64,000 bases of DNA from Naegleria gruberi (lineage: Eukaryota). The notes under the pieces were generated by a model that was not told the DNA's origin, ran no database searches, and worked only from the letters and a program-made list of their open reading frames with translations. The stretch lies in the NCBI GenBank assembly GCA_000004985.1, contig GG738922.1; one strand, written 5' to 3'. Within the stretch, counting starts at the first letter, position 1. Each line of letters begins with the position of its first letter. Shown in pieces: positions 13,601 through 23,416 of this stretch. Position numbers and translations under genes: made by a program.

Positions 13601-14558
13601 TTAGATTGTAATATTATTACATTGAATTTTTCATCGTCTAAATTTTTACGTTCCAAATAATTTTTACATAAATTTTGTAATGAAATTAAATGTTCAACTT
13701 GTTTATCCATTTCATGAATTGAATTATATTGTCTAATTATAGATTGAATACTTGTTATATTAATTTCCTTAGAATTTTCCAAACTTGTTGATTCCGATAC
13801 TGATTCTACCATATTACTAGCATTATTATTTATAGTAGTTTCAATTGTAGTTGGTGTTGATGATATTTCTGTTGTATTAATTAATTCTTCATCATTTGAA
13901 GGCTTTGAATTTTCATTTTCAATTTTTTCTTCCGAATTTTCATTACTTGAATCATTAATTAATTGTTCATCGCTTGAAGGCTTTGAAATTTCCTTATTTT
14001 CTTCTTGATTAGATGATTCCTGTTGTTGATTATTTTCATCTTGTTCTTGCTTAGACGATGATTCATCTTGTTGTTTGTTGATGGTTCTAATTCTGTTTGT
14101 TCTTCATGTTCAGAACTATTTTCATCTTCCTGTTTAGATGAAGAAGAGGAAGCCTTTGGTTGTTCTACTTTTTTTCTTCTCCTTGATGATTGAAGCCTAG
14201 ATCTAACAGGTGTTTTAATAATCTTTTCTTCTTCCTCTGGTTCGGTATTTGCAGTCAAGTCTTCATTTACACTTTTAGATTGATTATTCTTCGTTTTATC
14301 AATTTTCTTACGTTTTTGACGTTCCTTTACTGGTGTTTTTAAAATGTTTGAAATTAATGATGAGGCTGATGATAATGTATTAGAAGAGGAGGCATTTGTT
14401 GTTGTACTATTAGATGTTTCATCATTGGTTGTTGATGTGGTTGAGGAAGAAGAAGTAGCATTTGCCTCGGTATTTGCTGTTGTTGTATTTGATGACCTTG
14501 TATCATCGGAAGGTGATGAAGGAGATAATAATTTTTGTCTTCTAGTTTGTACTGGCAT
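10660..14558 (-). CDS. IQ-motif-containing, acidic low-complexity protein; two ORFs (14558..13959 and 13812..10660) probably one gene disrupted by a frameshift
   Basis: ORF 10660..13812 carries at least five IQ-like calmodulin-binding motifs (ILQSKFRNLIE, LQSLIRNYLIKKEF, LQSMMRKYLIEKDY) followed by long acidic/Ser-rich tracts. The frame that contains Met-13812 stays open upstream to about 14100 with the same acidic repeat style (SKPSSDEQLINDSSNENSEEKIENE...). It overlaps the 3' out-of-frame tail of ORF 13959..14558. Confidence 0.5.
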
Positions 14559-14689
14559 TTTTTTTTAAAGTTTCAATTTAGTGATGTAATACTGATTGTT
14601 TCGAAATGGTAAATAATACTATTTACCAAAGAACTACATTTGTCGTGCACGATTAATAAAACAAATAAATCTCAAGTTCTAAACCAGTA

Positions 14690-14880
14690 TGAGTTTAAAT
14701 TCTATTTTTTGGGACAAAAGCGAGGGAAATACTGTGGCCCACCGGCCTATTGGCGTGATAACACTGCCGTTTGTTGCCGGTTCGAACCGAAGCTACTGCA
14801 TGCGTTTGTTAATACATGCACCCAGAAATTGGGCGAAGTAGAGAGTATGCAGTAGATGGAAGTCGGTCACAGGTTTCTCT
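14690..14880. ncRNA. GC-rich structured island, candidate small ncRNA or Pol III element (identity unknown)
   Basis: Local GC is far above its surroundings. There is a nested inverted repeat CTACTGCATGCG...GTATGCAGTAG enclosing CCCAgaaatTGGG, plus palindromes GGCCcaccGGCC and CGGTTCGAACCG (B-box-like GGTTCGAAcC), with a T-run at 14866-14876. The only overlapping ORF is short and atypical. Confidence 0.25.
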
Positions 14881-14930
14881 TTTAAACATACAACCAATTA
14901 AAATTTTAATGTTTGTAATTTCTATCAGAC

Positions 14931-14943
14931 ATAAAAAAGTAGA
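14931..14943 (-). terminator. Pol III oligo-T terminator downstream of the tRNA
   Basis: TTTTTT run 1-8 nt after the discriminator base on the tRNA strand. Confidence 0.5.
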
Positions 14944-15032
14944 AGGCGACTGAGGGAATTGAACCCTCGACCCTCAGTTATCTCAGCATTACTGCCTACA
15001 AGACTGATGCACTGCCACTGTGCTAAGCCGCC
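14944..15032 (-). tRNA. tRNA gene, anticodon UGU (Thr) with a putative 17-nt intron 3' of position 37
   Basis: The reverse complement folds as GGCGGCU/AGUCGCC acceptor stem (one G-U), GCAC/GUGC D-stem, UCAGU/ACUGA anticodon stem with loop CUUGUA[intron GGCAGUAAUGCUGAGAU]A, variable loop GGGUC, and T-arm GAGGG-UUCAAUU-CCCUC. A T6 run (TCTACTTTTTTAT) follows immediately and serves as a Pol III terminator. Confidence 0.6.
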
Positions 15033-15154
15033 TTACGATTATGATTTTTAAAAATACAATACTGTAATATTCCTGTGCGTTAAGTAATGTGTCACCAAAA
15101 TAATAACACAATTAATATTAATATTATTATGGCGCCAAAAAGAAATAAAAATAC

Positions 15155-15358
15155 ATGACTGCAAGAATTGATGAAACAACAAATAGGTTGGCTGCTACTC
15201 TTGATCATGTTCAATTTAATAATCATCTCAATAATGATATATTCCGATTAATTATTTCCTTTCTAGACATTAAGGATTTATGTCGATTCGAACAAGTAAG
15301 CAAGAATAACCTTCCAATTTGTAAAGTGTGCTCAGAAGATTCTGACTTTTGGAATTAA
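15155..15358 (+). CDS. Small F-box-domain ORF (67 aa)
   Basis: DIFRLIISFLDIKDLCRFEQVSKNNLPICKVCSEDSDFW is a complete F-box-like motif. ATG at 15155, TAA at 15356. The ORF lies 5 nt upstream of the GTPase ATG. Confidence 0.5.
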   Translation: MTARIDETTNRLAATLDHVQFNNHLNNDIFRLIISFLDIKDLCRFEQVSKNNLPICKVCSEDSDFWN

Positions 15359-15363
15359 ATACA

Positions 15364-16246
15364 ATGGTTTCGAAATCTTACAATTATAAAATTACTGAAA
15401 CAGATCGTCAACAAATTGGAATGCTCTTGAAGAAAACTGAAGATTTTAAGAAAACATTGAATCTCGCCTTTAAAATTGTAAATGACATTATTGAACGTAA
15501 TTTCAGACAGAGAATGGAAGAATTGGAAGACAGTATACTAAAATATAACAAAAAAGCTGCAAAGAATCAATTCATGACTAGGGATGAATTACTTAGTGTG
15601 GATATTTCAAATTGTGAAATACCGTTAGATGAAAAGCCTTTCAAAATTATTGTAATGGGTTAGTTTGTAAAATTTAACAATTAATGATTAATTTTCAATA
15701 GGGGATGGAAATACTGGAAAAACATGTTTATTGGAACCTTTATTGAAGGGTCAATTCATACAAGATTATGCACCTACTCTTTTCAAAAAAGAGTTTGCTG
15801 ATTTTAATTGTGGAAATTTTCAAGTTACTTATACTGATATTGTAACAGACATTGATTTCCCAAATAATAGATCTCAATTCTATCCAAATACTAAGGCATT
15901 CATTGCAATGTTTAATGTAATGGAAGATTACACGCTCAGTAATTTATTCACACGATGGATTCCAGAAGCAAGACAATATTGTCCAGAAGCAGCAATTATT
16001 GTTGTTGCTTCCAAAGTTGATTTAAGACATGATTTGAGTGCAGTGGAGACATTGAGGAAAAACCATTTGGAAAAACCAATTTCATTCGATCAGGGAGAAA
16101 GAGCATCTACAATTGCCAACTGTTCGACCTATATTGAAACAAGTTCCCTGCAAAACATTGGATTAGGTGATTTGACAGAGTTGGCACTAAAGGCCTATTT
16201 TGTAAATATTTCAAAGGAAAGAAAGAAAAATTGTTTTTTACAATGA
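15364..16246 (+). CDS. Atypical Rho-family small GTPase with N-terminal extension and C-terminal CAAX-like CFLQ; join(15364..15658,15702..16246)
   Basis: Exon 1 ends ...KIIVMG. Donor GTTAGT, acceptor caatAG, 43-nt intron in phase 1. Exon 2 starts GDGNTGKTCLLEPL (P-loop). The Rho-like regions TRWIPEARQYCPEAAIIVVASKVDLRHD and PISFDQGERAS are present. The DTAGQE switch-II motif is replaced by TDIVTDIDF. Confidence 0.7.
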
Positions 16247-16266
16247 AGGTTTTATTGAATTATTGA

Positions 16267-17394
16267 TTACCATCTTCTTTTATATCTTCTATCAACCATT
16301 TTAGATGAAATTGAGGTATAGATTTTGTGTTTAGAAGATAATGAATAGAATTGAATAACAGGTTGAGGTTCAGGAATATCACAAAAGTCAACTATTAATG
16401 ATTTCTTTGGAATTTGTTTAAGTAATGATGATAAGTCTGCACTTCCATCTTCCAAATAATTGTCATCAGACAAATCCAATCTCAACGAATCCAATCCATG
16501 TATTATACCAGAATTGACAATTTTCTCAACTGAGAAGAATGGAAAGTTCAGTAACTCTAAATGTTCCAACTTTGGAAAGTAGGTCCTATTCACATGATCC
16601 AACAATTTTACGTCTATTACATCATCCATAAATTGAACCTCTGATCTGAGAATTAGCAATCTTACATTAGGAAATACAGTGTTCAATTCTTGCATTTCAT
16701 TGAATGAAATATCCAGAATTAGAATATCCTCATTTACATGACTAACATTTGATTCATGTCCATTTAGACCTATTTTCAACACAAAATCACAAGCTTGATC
16801 GATATTTTTTGTTGAATTCACAAGTAATTGATAACTCTTCACTAACCACTTTGTAAATAAATCATCTTCATCTTGATCAACACAATTCAAGAAATTGAAC
16901 TTTTGTTCAATAAATTCTTCTAAATCAACAAGAGTTTCATTCAATACTTGATCGATTTCTGGATAATCAAATAATTCATCCTTTCCAATCAGCTCTTTTA
17001 AAGATCTTTCAATTCCAATCTCTTTCCATAAAACCAATTTACCAACTCTAACCATCATATTCTTCTCATATCCAACTAAATCTCCATCATGTACATGATC
17101 CATACTCTTTTGATTATATCCATTCAATAAGATGTGAAGTTGTTTATCGGCAGCAAAGAGAGCATTTCTCCAAAATGTGGCGTAACCTTGAAATCTAATA
17201 CCACAACAATTTACCAAATTCTTCATGACCAATAAATTGTCAAGACTTGGAATTGTCAAGTTTTCATTGTTGTTTTGAATAAAATTCTTCCACCATCCTA
17301 TGGTTTTTGTTTTGGAATGGAAATCTCCGATAAGAAACCTGAAAATTTCTTGCAAAATATCATCTGACAGTAAGGTGAAATGGTGTGGAGACAT
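16267..17394 (-). CDS. F-box domain protein, 375 aa
   Basis: N-terminus LLSDDILQEIFRFLIGDFHSKTKTIGWW is F-box-like. ATG at 17394. Single exon. Confidence 0.7.
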   Translation of the reverse strand: MSPHHFTLLSDDILQEIFRFLIGDFHSKTKTIGWWKNFIQNNNENLTIPSLDNLLVMKNLVNCCGIRFQGYATFWRNALFAADKQLHILLNGYNQKSMDHVHDGDLVGYEKNMMVRVGKLVLWKEIGIERSLKELIGKDELFDYPEIDQVLNETLVDLEEFIEQKFNFLNCVDQDEDDLFTKWLVKSYQLLVNSTKNIDQACDFVLKIGLNGHESNVSHVNEDILILDISFNEMQELNTVFPNVRLLILRSEVQFMDDVIDVKLLDHVNRTYFPKLEHLELLNFPFFSVEKIVNSGIIHGLDSLRLDLSDDNYLEDGSADLSSLLKQIPKKSLIVDFCDIPEPQPVIQFYSLSSKHKIYTSISSKMVDRRYKRRW

Positions 17395-17797
17395 TTTTTT
17401 TTCTGGTTCAAAATGAAATGGTCACAATTGACCATTGTGGAATCTCATCAAAGTTTCTTTATTTAAACCAAAGCTGCAGAAATACTTTGCAAATGCAAGA
17501 AAGAGTGGACTGTAAATGATTTGCGTAAAATGATTGAGGGTTTTCAAATTAACCCAGGCTTTCAATTTTTTTTTATTGGAATCTCTTTTATTCGAAATAA
17601 GTATTCTTTAAATTGTATCAATTATTCACCAAGCTCATCCGTTATTTCTAAATGGGCTGATTTAACATCTCCATTGACTATCAATTAATCAATTAAATCT
17701 TCAATTCAATATCATCACTTCTTAACGTTTTTTCTCTTCAAATTCAAAAGTAAAAAATTGACATTGTCGTTAAATTATTAAATCATTTACATAAAGG

Positions 17798-19948
17798 ATG
17801 ATGGCTTTAGAGGCAGCTTCATCACCACCTCAACCACAACAACAACAACAAGGTACCTATGGCAATGGTTCGGAGAGTCTACTAGCAAATGTTCTTGTTG
17901 GTAATTCAGGTCTCCATACAACAACAACATCGAAGGCTTCATCAACTTTATCCCTAGGGAAGGGAACAAGTAAGAAGAAGACACAAAGTAAATCATCAAA
18001 ACATTACGGATCATCTAATAGTAGTAGTAGTAGCAACAACAATAATAGTACTACTCATGCTGGATCGGCGATACAAGAAAGAAAGGATGAGGAAATTTAT
18101 TTAGAGAATTTTGTCAAGTGTAGGTTTAATATATTATTATAATATATATTGACAATAATCAACAATTAATGTTTTTATATTGTCATCATCATGATGGAAT
18201 TTTAATTATTTGCTGATGGTGCAACTTAATAATTGATGATGAATAATTACGTTACTTTTATGATAATGTTGTTGTTACTATGTGGTAATAATGTCATTGA
18301 CGGAAATGATATCATTATCTTAGCAATTGAATATTTACCGACAGAAATTAGGAAAGATTTGGGGACAATCAAGGAATTGGATAAGAAAACATCAAGTATG
18401 TGTTTAATTTATTCATATCATGTAGATTCTTACAATTTTGTGCCAAATATCTTGAATGATTTAAACATTGATAATGATATTTCATGATATTTAATGTGAA
18501 TAATAATCATAATCATAGAAAATGTAACTTTATCTACTGAATTAGCAAGTGATTCATCTAAATCTAATGCTGATAGGAGTGAAGCAATTCGTAAATTAAT
18601 GGACGAATCTATTAATTTGAGTACTGAAAAAGTTGACATTTCACAAAGAACACTCAATAAGATTATTCTTCATATGGAAGATTTGGAAAAGAAAATTGAA
18701 GAATTATCACAAAATATTCAACAAAAACCACAAAATACTCTCAAACTAGAATCGCTCTACATTCCACAACTTTCTGAAGATAATCAAGTTCACTATTTCA
18801 CTCCATCAGATCCTAGTTTACAATCTAGTTCATCAAAGAGTAATAAGAGATTGGTTCAACATTCAGAAAATTTAAAAACACTTAAAAGTGGATCTCTCAA
18901 ATCATATCCAGAAAAGGAGATGCATGCTCATGTATTTAATCACACTCCAGAACAAGAAGGAATTGTCAGAGGAAATTCAACTACAACAAGAAGCTATGCC
19001 AGTAGCAGTAGTTCTACAAAGAAGGCAACAGAAAAAGAACCTCCATCTCAAATTACTGTCAAGACATCAACAGGAAGTGTCATTTCTGTACCAAATGATA
19101 GAATTGGAAATGCAGACATTACACTTGCCTCAATTTCATCTGAACAAAAAATTAAGAAACAGAAAAAGACCTCTAAGCCAGAAAATGCCCCTGTAAATTT
19201 AACACCACTCTCTATTAATACTACCAATACTACTATTAGTAGTAGTAGTACTAATGGTTCTAGAAAGGAGAAATATTCCACTAGCTCTATACCAAAAGAA
19301 AATACTCTTGCTTCATCTGAAATCTCATCAATCAAAATACCAAAGAAAGATTCATCTCACACTTCATCAAGTGCTGCCTCTAGTAGTAACAATTCTCACA
19401 CAACCACTCAATCCTCCACTAAGAAATCTAGATCAGCTGCCAGTAGTAGCAGCAGTGGCTCAACTTCCAATGTCGGCAGCAGTAGCTCAGCATCCACAAC
19501 TACTGCTGCTTCTGCTGCAACATCTACAAGTGGTGAACAGTCAAAGAGTGGTAAGAAGAGAAAAGCAATTGCATCCTCAACTACAAGTGGAAAAACCAAA
19601 AAGCAAAAACAATCATCTGCTGCCTCCTCATCCTCCATTTCAACAAGTGTTGCTGCCACTCCTTCAATAAGCGACCAACAAGCTATTCCATCAGCAGCAG
19701 ATGCTGCTGGTTCAGATGAAAATACTCTCATCTATGAAGAGAATTTACAAGATCCAACACCATATTGCTATTGTAAGAAAACTATGGCTGAGGATTCTTC
19801 TGAAATGGTTGGTTGTGATTCTCCAAAATGTCCAAATAATGGGTGGATTCACAAACATTGTCTTCATCCAGGTGAAGATCCAGATGCACCACAATTTTAC
19901 TGTCTCAATTGTAGTAAAACAATGAGCAAGAAGAAAAAAAAGAAATAA
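17798..19948 (+). CDS. ING-family (inhibitor of growth) PHD-finger protein; join(17798..18119,18324..18395,18519..19948)
   Basis: The ING N-terminal region EIYLENFVK|S|IEYLPTEIRKDLGTIKELDKK is reconstructed across two short introns (GTAGGT..cttAG and GTATGT..catAG). The C-terminal PHD finger is YCYCKKTMAEDSSEMVGCDSPKCPNNGWIHKHCL...YCLNC, followed by a polybasic tail KKKKKK. Confidence 0.8.
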
Positions 19949-19949
19949 A

Positions 19950-20649
19950 ATGTCCATTATTAGAGCAAAGACACCCATCTCATACACACAATCCTATGGA
20001 GATAAGGAATATTGGGATCAACGTTATTCCAAGTGAGTACACTATTCAATTAATTGAATTTGGAAATATATTAAGGTGAAAAAGACAATCGGAACCATTT
20101 GAGTGGTATTTTAATTTTAAGGCTTTGAAACCATTCATTCTCAAATACTTTAAGGAGATGGACTCTCATACTTTATATGTTGGAGGAGGAACATCACAAG
20201 TTCCTTTCAAACTCTATGAAGAAGGATATAAACGTGTGACAACAATTGATTATAGTGAGGGAGCAATGGAATCAATGAGGAGAAAGAATACAAATCCCGA
20301 TTTGGAGTTTTTAACAATGGATGCAAAACATACCAATTTTCCTTCATGGTATTTTGATTATATTGTTGATAAGGCTTGTTTTGAATCGGAATTTTGTGCT
20401 GATTGGACTCATGGAGCAAAAACCTACTTGGATGAAATCAATAGAATTCTAAAACCTGGTGGAATGTACATGATGATTTCACACTTTTCTCCAGATAAAC
20501 GATTACCCTTACTTGAAGTGGACTATTTGCAATGGACAGTACTTGTGGAAAGACAAAACAAACCAAATTTCAGTACAATACCAAACGATGAGAATGACAG
20601 TTTCTATTATTTGTACGTTTGTAAAAAGGCAGACGTAAATAAACGGTAA
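19950..20649 (+). CDS. Class I SAM-dependent methyltransferase, EEF1A-KMT4 / ECE2-like; join(19950..20032,20085..20649)
   Basis: Exon 1 is MSIIRAKTPISYTQSYGDKEYWDQRYS. Donor GTGAGT, acceptor aaaaAG, 52-nt intron in phase 2. Exon 2 is KQSEPFEWYFNFKALKPFILKY...LYVGGGTSQVPFKL...ILKPGGMYMMISH, carrying the methyltransferase motifs. Confidence 0.75.
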
Positions 20650-20710
20650 TCTTTCATGAACTAATCTCAACCATTGTGAAATATTTAAAAATGAAAATTA
20701 AATGATTTAT

Positions 20711-22287
20711 TTAATATCTGTAGTGATCAGCCTTGTATGGACCATTTTGAGAAACACCAATGTAATCAGCTTGGGAGTCAGTCAACTTAGTCAATCTAGC
20801 ACCGAGCTTTTCCAAATGGAGTCTAGCAACTTCTTCGTCCAAAACCTTTGGCAAAGTGTAAACACCAACAGCATAAGTATCCTTCCACAAGGAGATTTGA
20901 GCCAAAGTTTGATTAGTGAATGAAGCAGACATGACGAAAGCTGGGTGACCAGTAGCACAACCCAAATTGACCAATCTACCTTGAGCCAACAAGAGGATGG
21001 TGTGACCATCAGGGAAGACGAATTGATCGACTTGAGGCTTAATGTTAATTTCCTTAACACCTTCACAGGTCTTCAAACCGAGGACATCGATTTCATTGTC
21101 AAAGTGACCAATGTTACAGATGATAGCAGTATCCTTCATCTTCTTCATGTGATCAAGAGTAATGATATCCTTGTTACCAGTAGCAGTGACGTAGACATCA
21201 GCAGTTTCCAAACAATCTTCAATAGTCTTGACAGTGTAACCAGCCATACAAGCTTGGAGAGCATTGATTGGATCAATTTCAGTAACAATAACTCTAGCAC
21301 CTTGACCCTTCAAAGCTTCAGCACATCCCTTACCGACATCACCAAAACCACAGACAACACATTCCTTACCAGCCAACATGACATCAGTAGCTCTGTTCAA
21401 ACCATCCAACAAGGAGTGTCTACAACCATAAATGTTATCGAACTTGCTCTTAGTGACAGAGTCGTTAACGTTAATAGCAGGGAACAACAAAGTACCTTGC
21501 TTTTGCATAGCATACAATCTGTGAACACCAGTAGTAGTTTCTTCAGAAACACCCTTAATGTGTGGAACAATAGCATGGAAGAAACCTGGTTCTTCCTTCA
21601 AAATTCTCTTCAACAAATCATTGACAATTCTCAATTCTTCAACACCACCATCACTTTCCAAAATGCTGGCATCCTTTTCGGCTTGATAACCTCTATGGAC
21701 CAACAAAGTCATATCACCACCATCATCAACAATCAATTGTGGACCCATGTTTGGACCGAACTTGAGAGCCTTCCAAGTACATTCCCAATATTCAACCAAA
21801 GTTTCACCCTTCCAAGCGAAAACTGGGATGTTAGCAGCAGCAATAGCAGCAGCAGCATCATCTTGAGTTGAGTAAATGTTGCAAGAACACCATCTAATGT
21901 TACCACCAACAGTCTTCAAAGTTTCAATGAGGACAGCAGTTTCAACAGTCATGTGGAGAGAACCAGAGATTCTGACATTGTTGAGTGGCTTTTCTTCACC
22001 GTATTTAGCTCTACAAGCCATAAGACCTGGCATTTCCTATATATTAAAATAATGATAATTGATTGTGTGGTGATTATTATGAATATCCATCGGCAAGGGA
22101 AGTTGATGGAAATTGAGCATGATCAAATATTGGATCAGTAGAAATAACAAAATTGTTAGAAATCATTAAAATTATTCTCTATAAAACAAACCTTTTCGGC
22201 CATTTCAATTCTCTTACGACCCAAGGAAGCTTGGCTGATATCCTTGACTTCATAATCAGTAGCAGTAACAGTGACGGTTTGGCTCAT
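20711..22287 (-). CDS. S-adenosyl-L-homocysteine hydrolase (adenosylhomocysteinase), long form; join(22192..22287,20711..22036)
   Basis: Exon 1 is [32 protein letters not shown]. Donor GTTTGT, 155-nt intron, acceptor tatatAG. Exon 2 is [18 protein letters not shown]...[10 protein letters not shown], a near-complete match to SAHH including the NAD-binding motif [10 protein letters not shown]. Strong translational codon bias (TTG, AAG, GGT, GCT, AGA). Confidence 0.95.
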
Positions 22288-22740
22288 CTTGTTGTGGAGT
22301 GTTGTTTTTTTTCAAAAGACAAATTTTTGTTGAGCGTCATGCTGGGCGATTTAAGTCGTTGGCGAGTGTAGACTTGAAAGATTCAATAAGCCACAGCACA
22401 ACAATCGCACAAGCTTCAACGCTGCACAATCCCGAACAAGATTTTCTTCACCGTTGAAGACGCAGAAAAGATTCTTCAAGCTTGTGCACGCCAAAAACTC
22501 GCTGGGACAAGTCTAGAGAAAATTGTAAAAAATTGAGAATGCATCGTTTTAGGGAGGGATCCTTCGCGTTTTCAAGTTTTGCTAGGTGTGGTCAAGCCAA
22601 GATTTGCCAAGCGCCTGTGTGCTTTTGATTGGACAAAAATGAAGTGATGATGCTGGCAATTTGGATTTTACAATGACAAGTTTTATGGTGTGGTAAACAT
22701 GTTCTGCGAATTATTGTGTGGATTGGTTCGGAATGTTGGT

Positions 22741-23137
22741 TTTTGGAAGTATAATAGTATACACATGTTTGAGTAGACGAGGTTTTATATTCGAATCCTT
22801 ACCTTATGGGTATGGCTATTGTGTGGAGTAGTATTCATTGGTAGATTATCGATTAAATGGAGTTGACTGTAATTCTTCTCAATGACCTTTAGGGAAATTG
22901 GAGTAATTGAAAAAATCTAACTACAGTTTTCTCAAAACGAAACCAACAAGAATGATCACAACCTCTTCGGATGAAGATCTTGCTTCAACTTTCTGTAGTG
23001 CTTCCATTACAATTTCACGAATCTTTCGTGTTGTTGAATATTCAAATCAAGAAGGAGAATATTTGGTATTCTTTCTTCAATGAACCAAATTGAATAATTC
23101 GTTTATTATGAAGTATAATAGTATATACATGTTTGAG
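22741..23137. repeat. Pair of about 29-bp direct repeats (AAGTATAATAGTATAyACATGTTTGAG) about 365 bp apart in a large GC-richer intergenic spacer
   Basis: 22741-22770 and 23108-23137 share 27 of 29 nt. They flank a non-coding stretch containing tATTCGAATCC (B-box-like). Confidence 0.5.
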
Positions 23138-23416
23138 GATTACTTCAAAAGGTTGCTTTTCTAGTTGATACCGTTAAATTGTTTTTTTGGAGAGCTAACT
23201 TATTGGGTTGGATTATCAGGTTTAATCTTATTGGAGAAACACATGTACAGTGAGAGAAATCATTTAATATTAAATTTAATTTTTAAAAAAATGTCTATTT
23301 TCTCAAGGGACCTTGAATTATTTTCAAGTTATGCAATAATATCATTCCGATGATTATTTTGCTTGAAGACAAATATTCTTGTTTTCTAGAACAAAGTGCT
23401 ATTTTTGTTTTCATAA

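Noticed and set aside
14640-14855. 71-aa ORF MSCTINKTNKSQ... in the GC-rich island
   Set aside because: It has no start context, unusual composition and overlaps strong RNA-like secondary structure; more likely non-coding.
15321-15403. Committing to the F-box-GTPase splice as the primary gene model
   Set aside because: The splice is phase-compatible but would truncate the otherwise complete F-box, and the donor GTAAAG is weak. It is kept only as an alternative hypothesis in the findings.
20945-21871. 308-aa plus-strand ORF (Ser/Thr-rich) opposite the SAHH gene
   Set aside because: It is antisense to a near-perfectly conserved, codon-optimised SAHH CDS. Its low-complexity composition is typical of a shadow ORF on the opposite strand of a strongly biased coding sequence.
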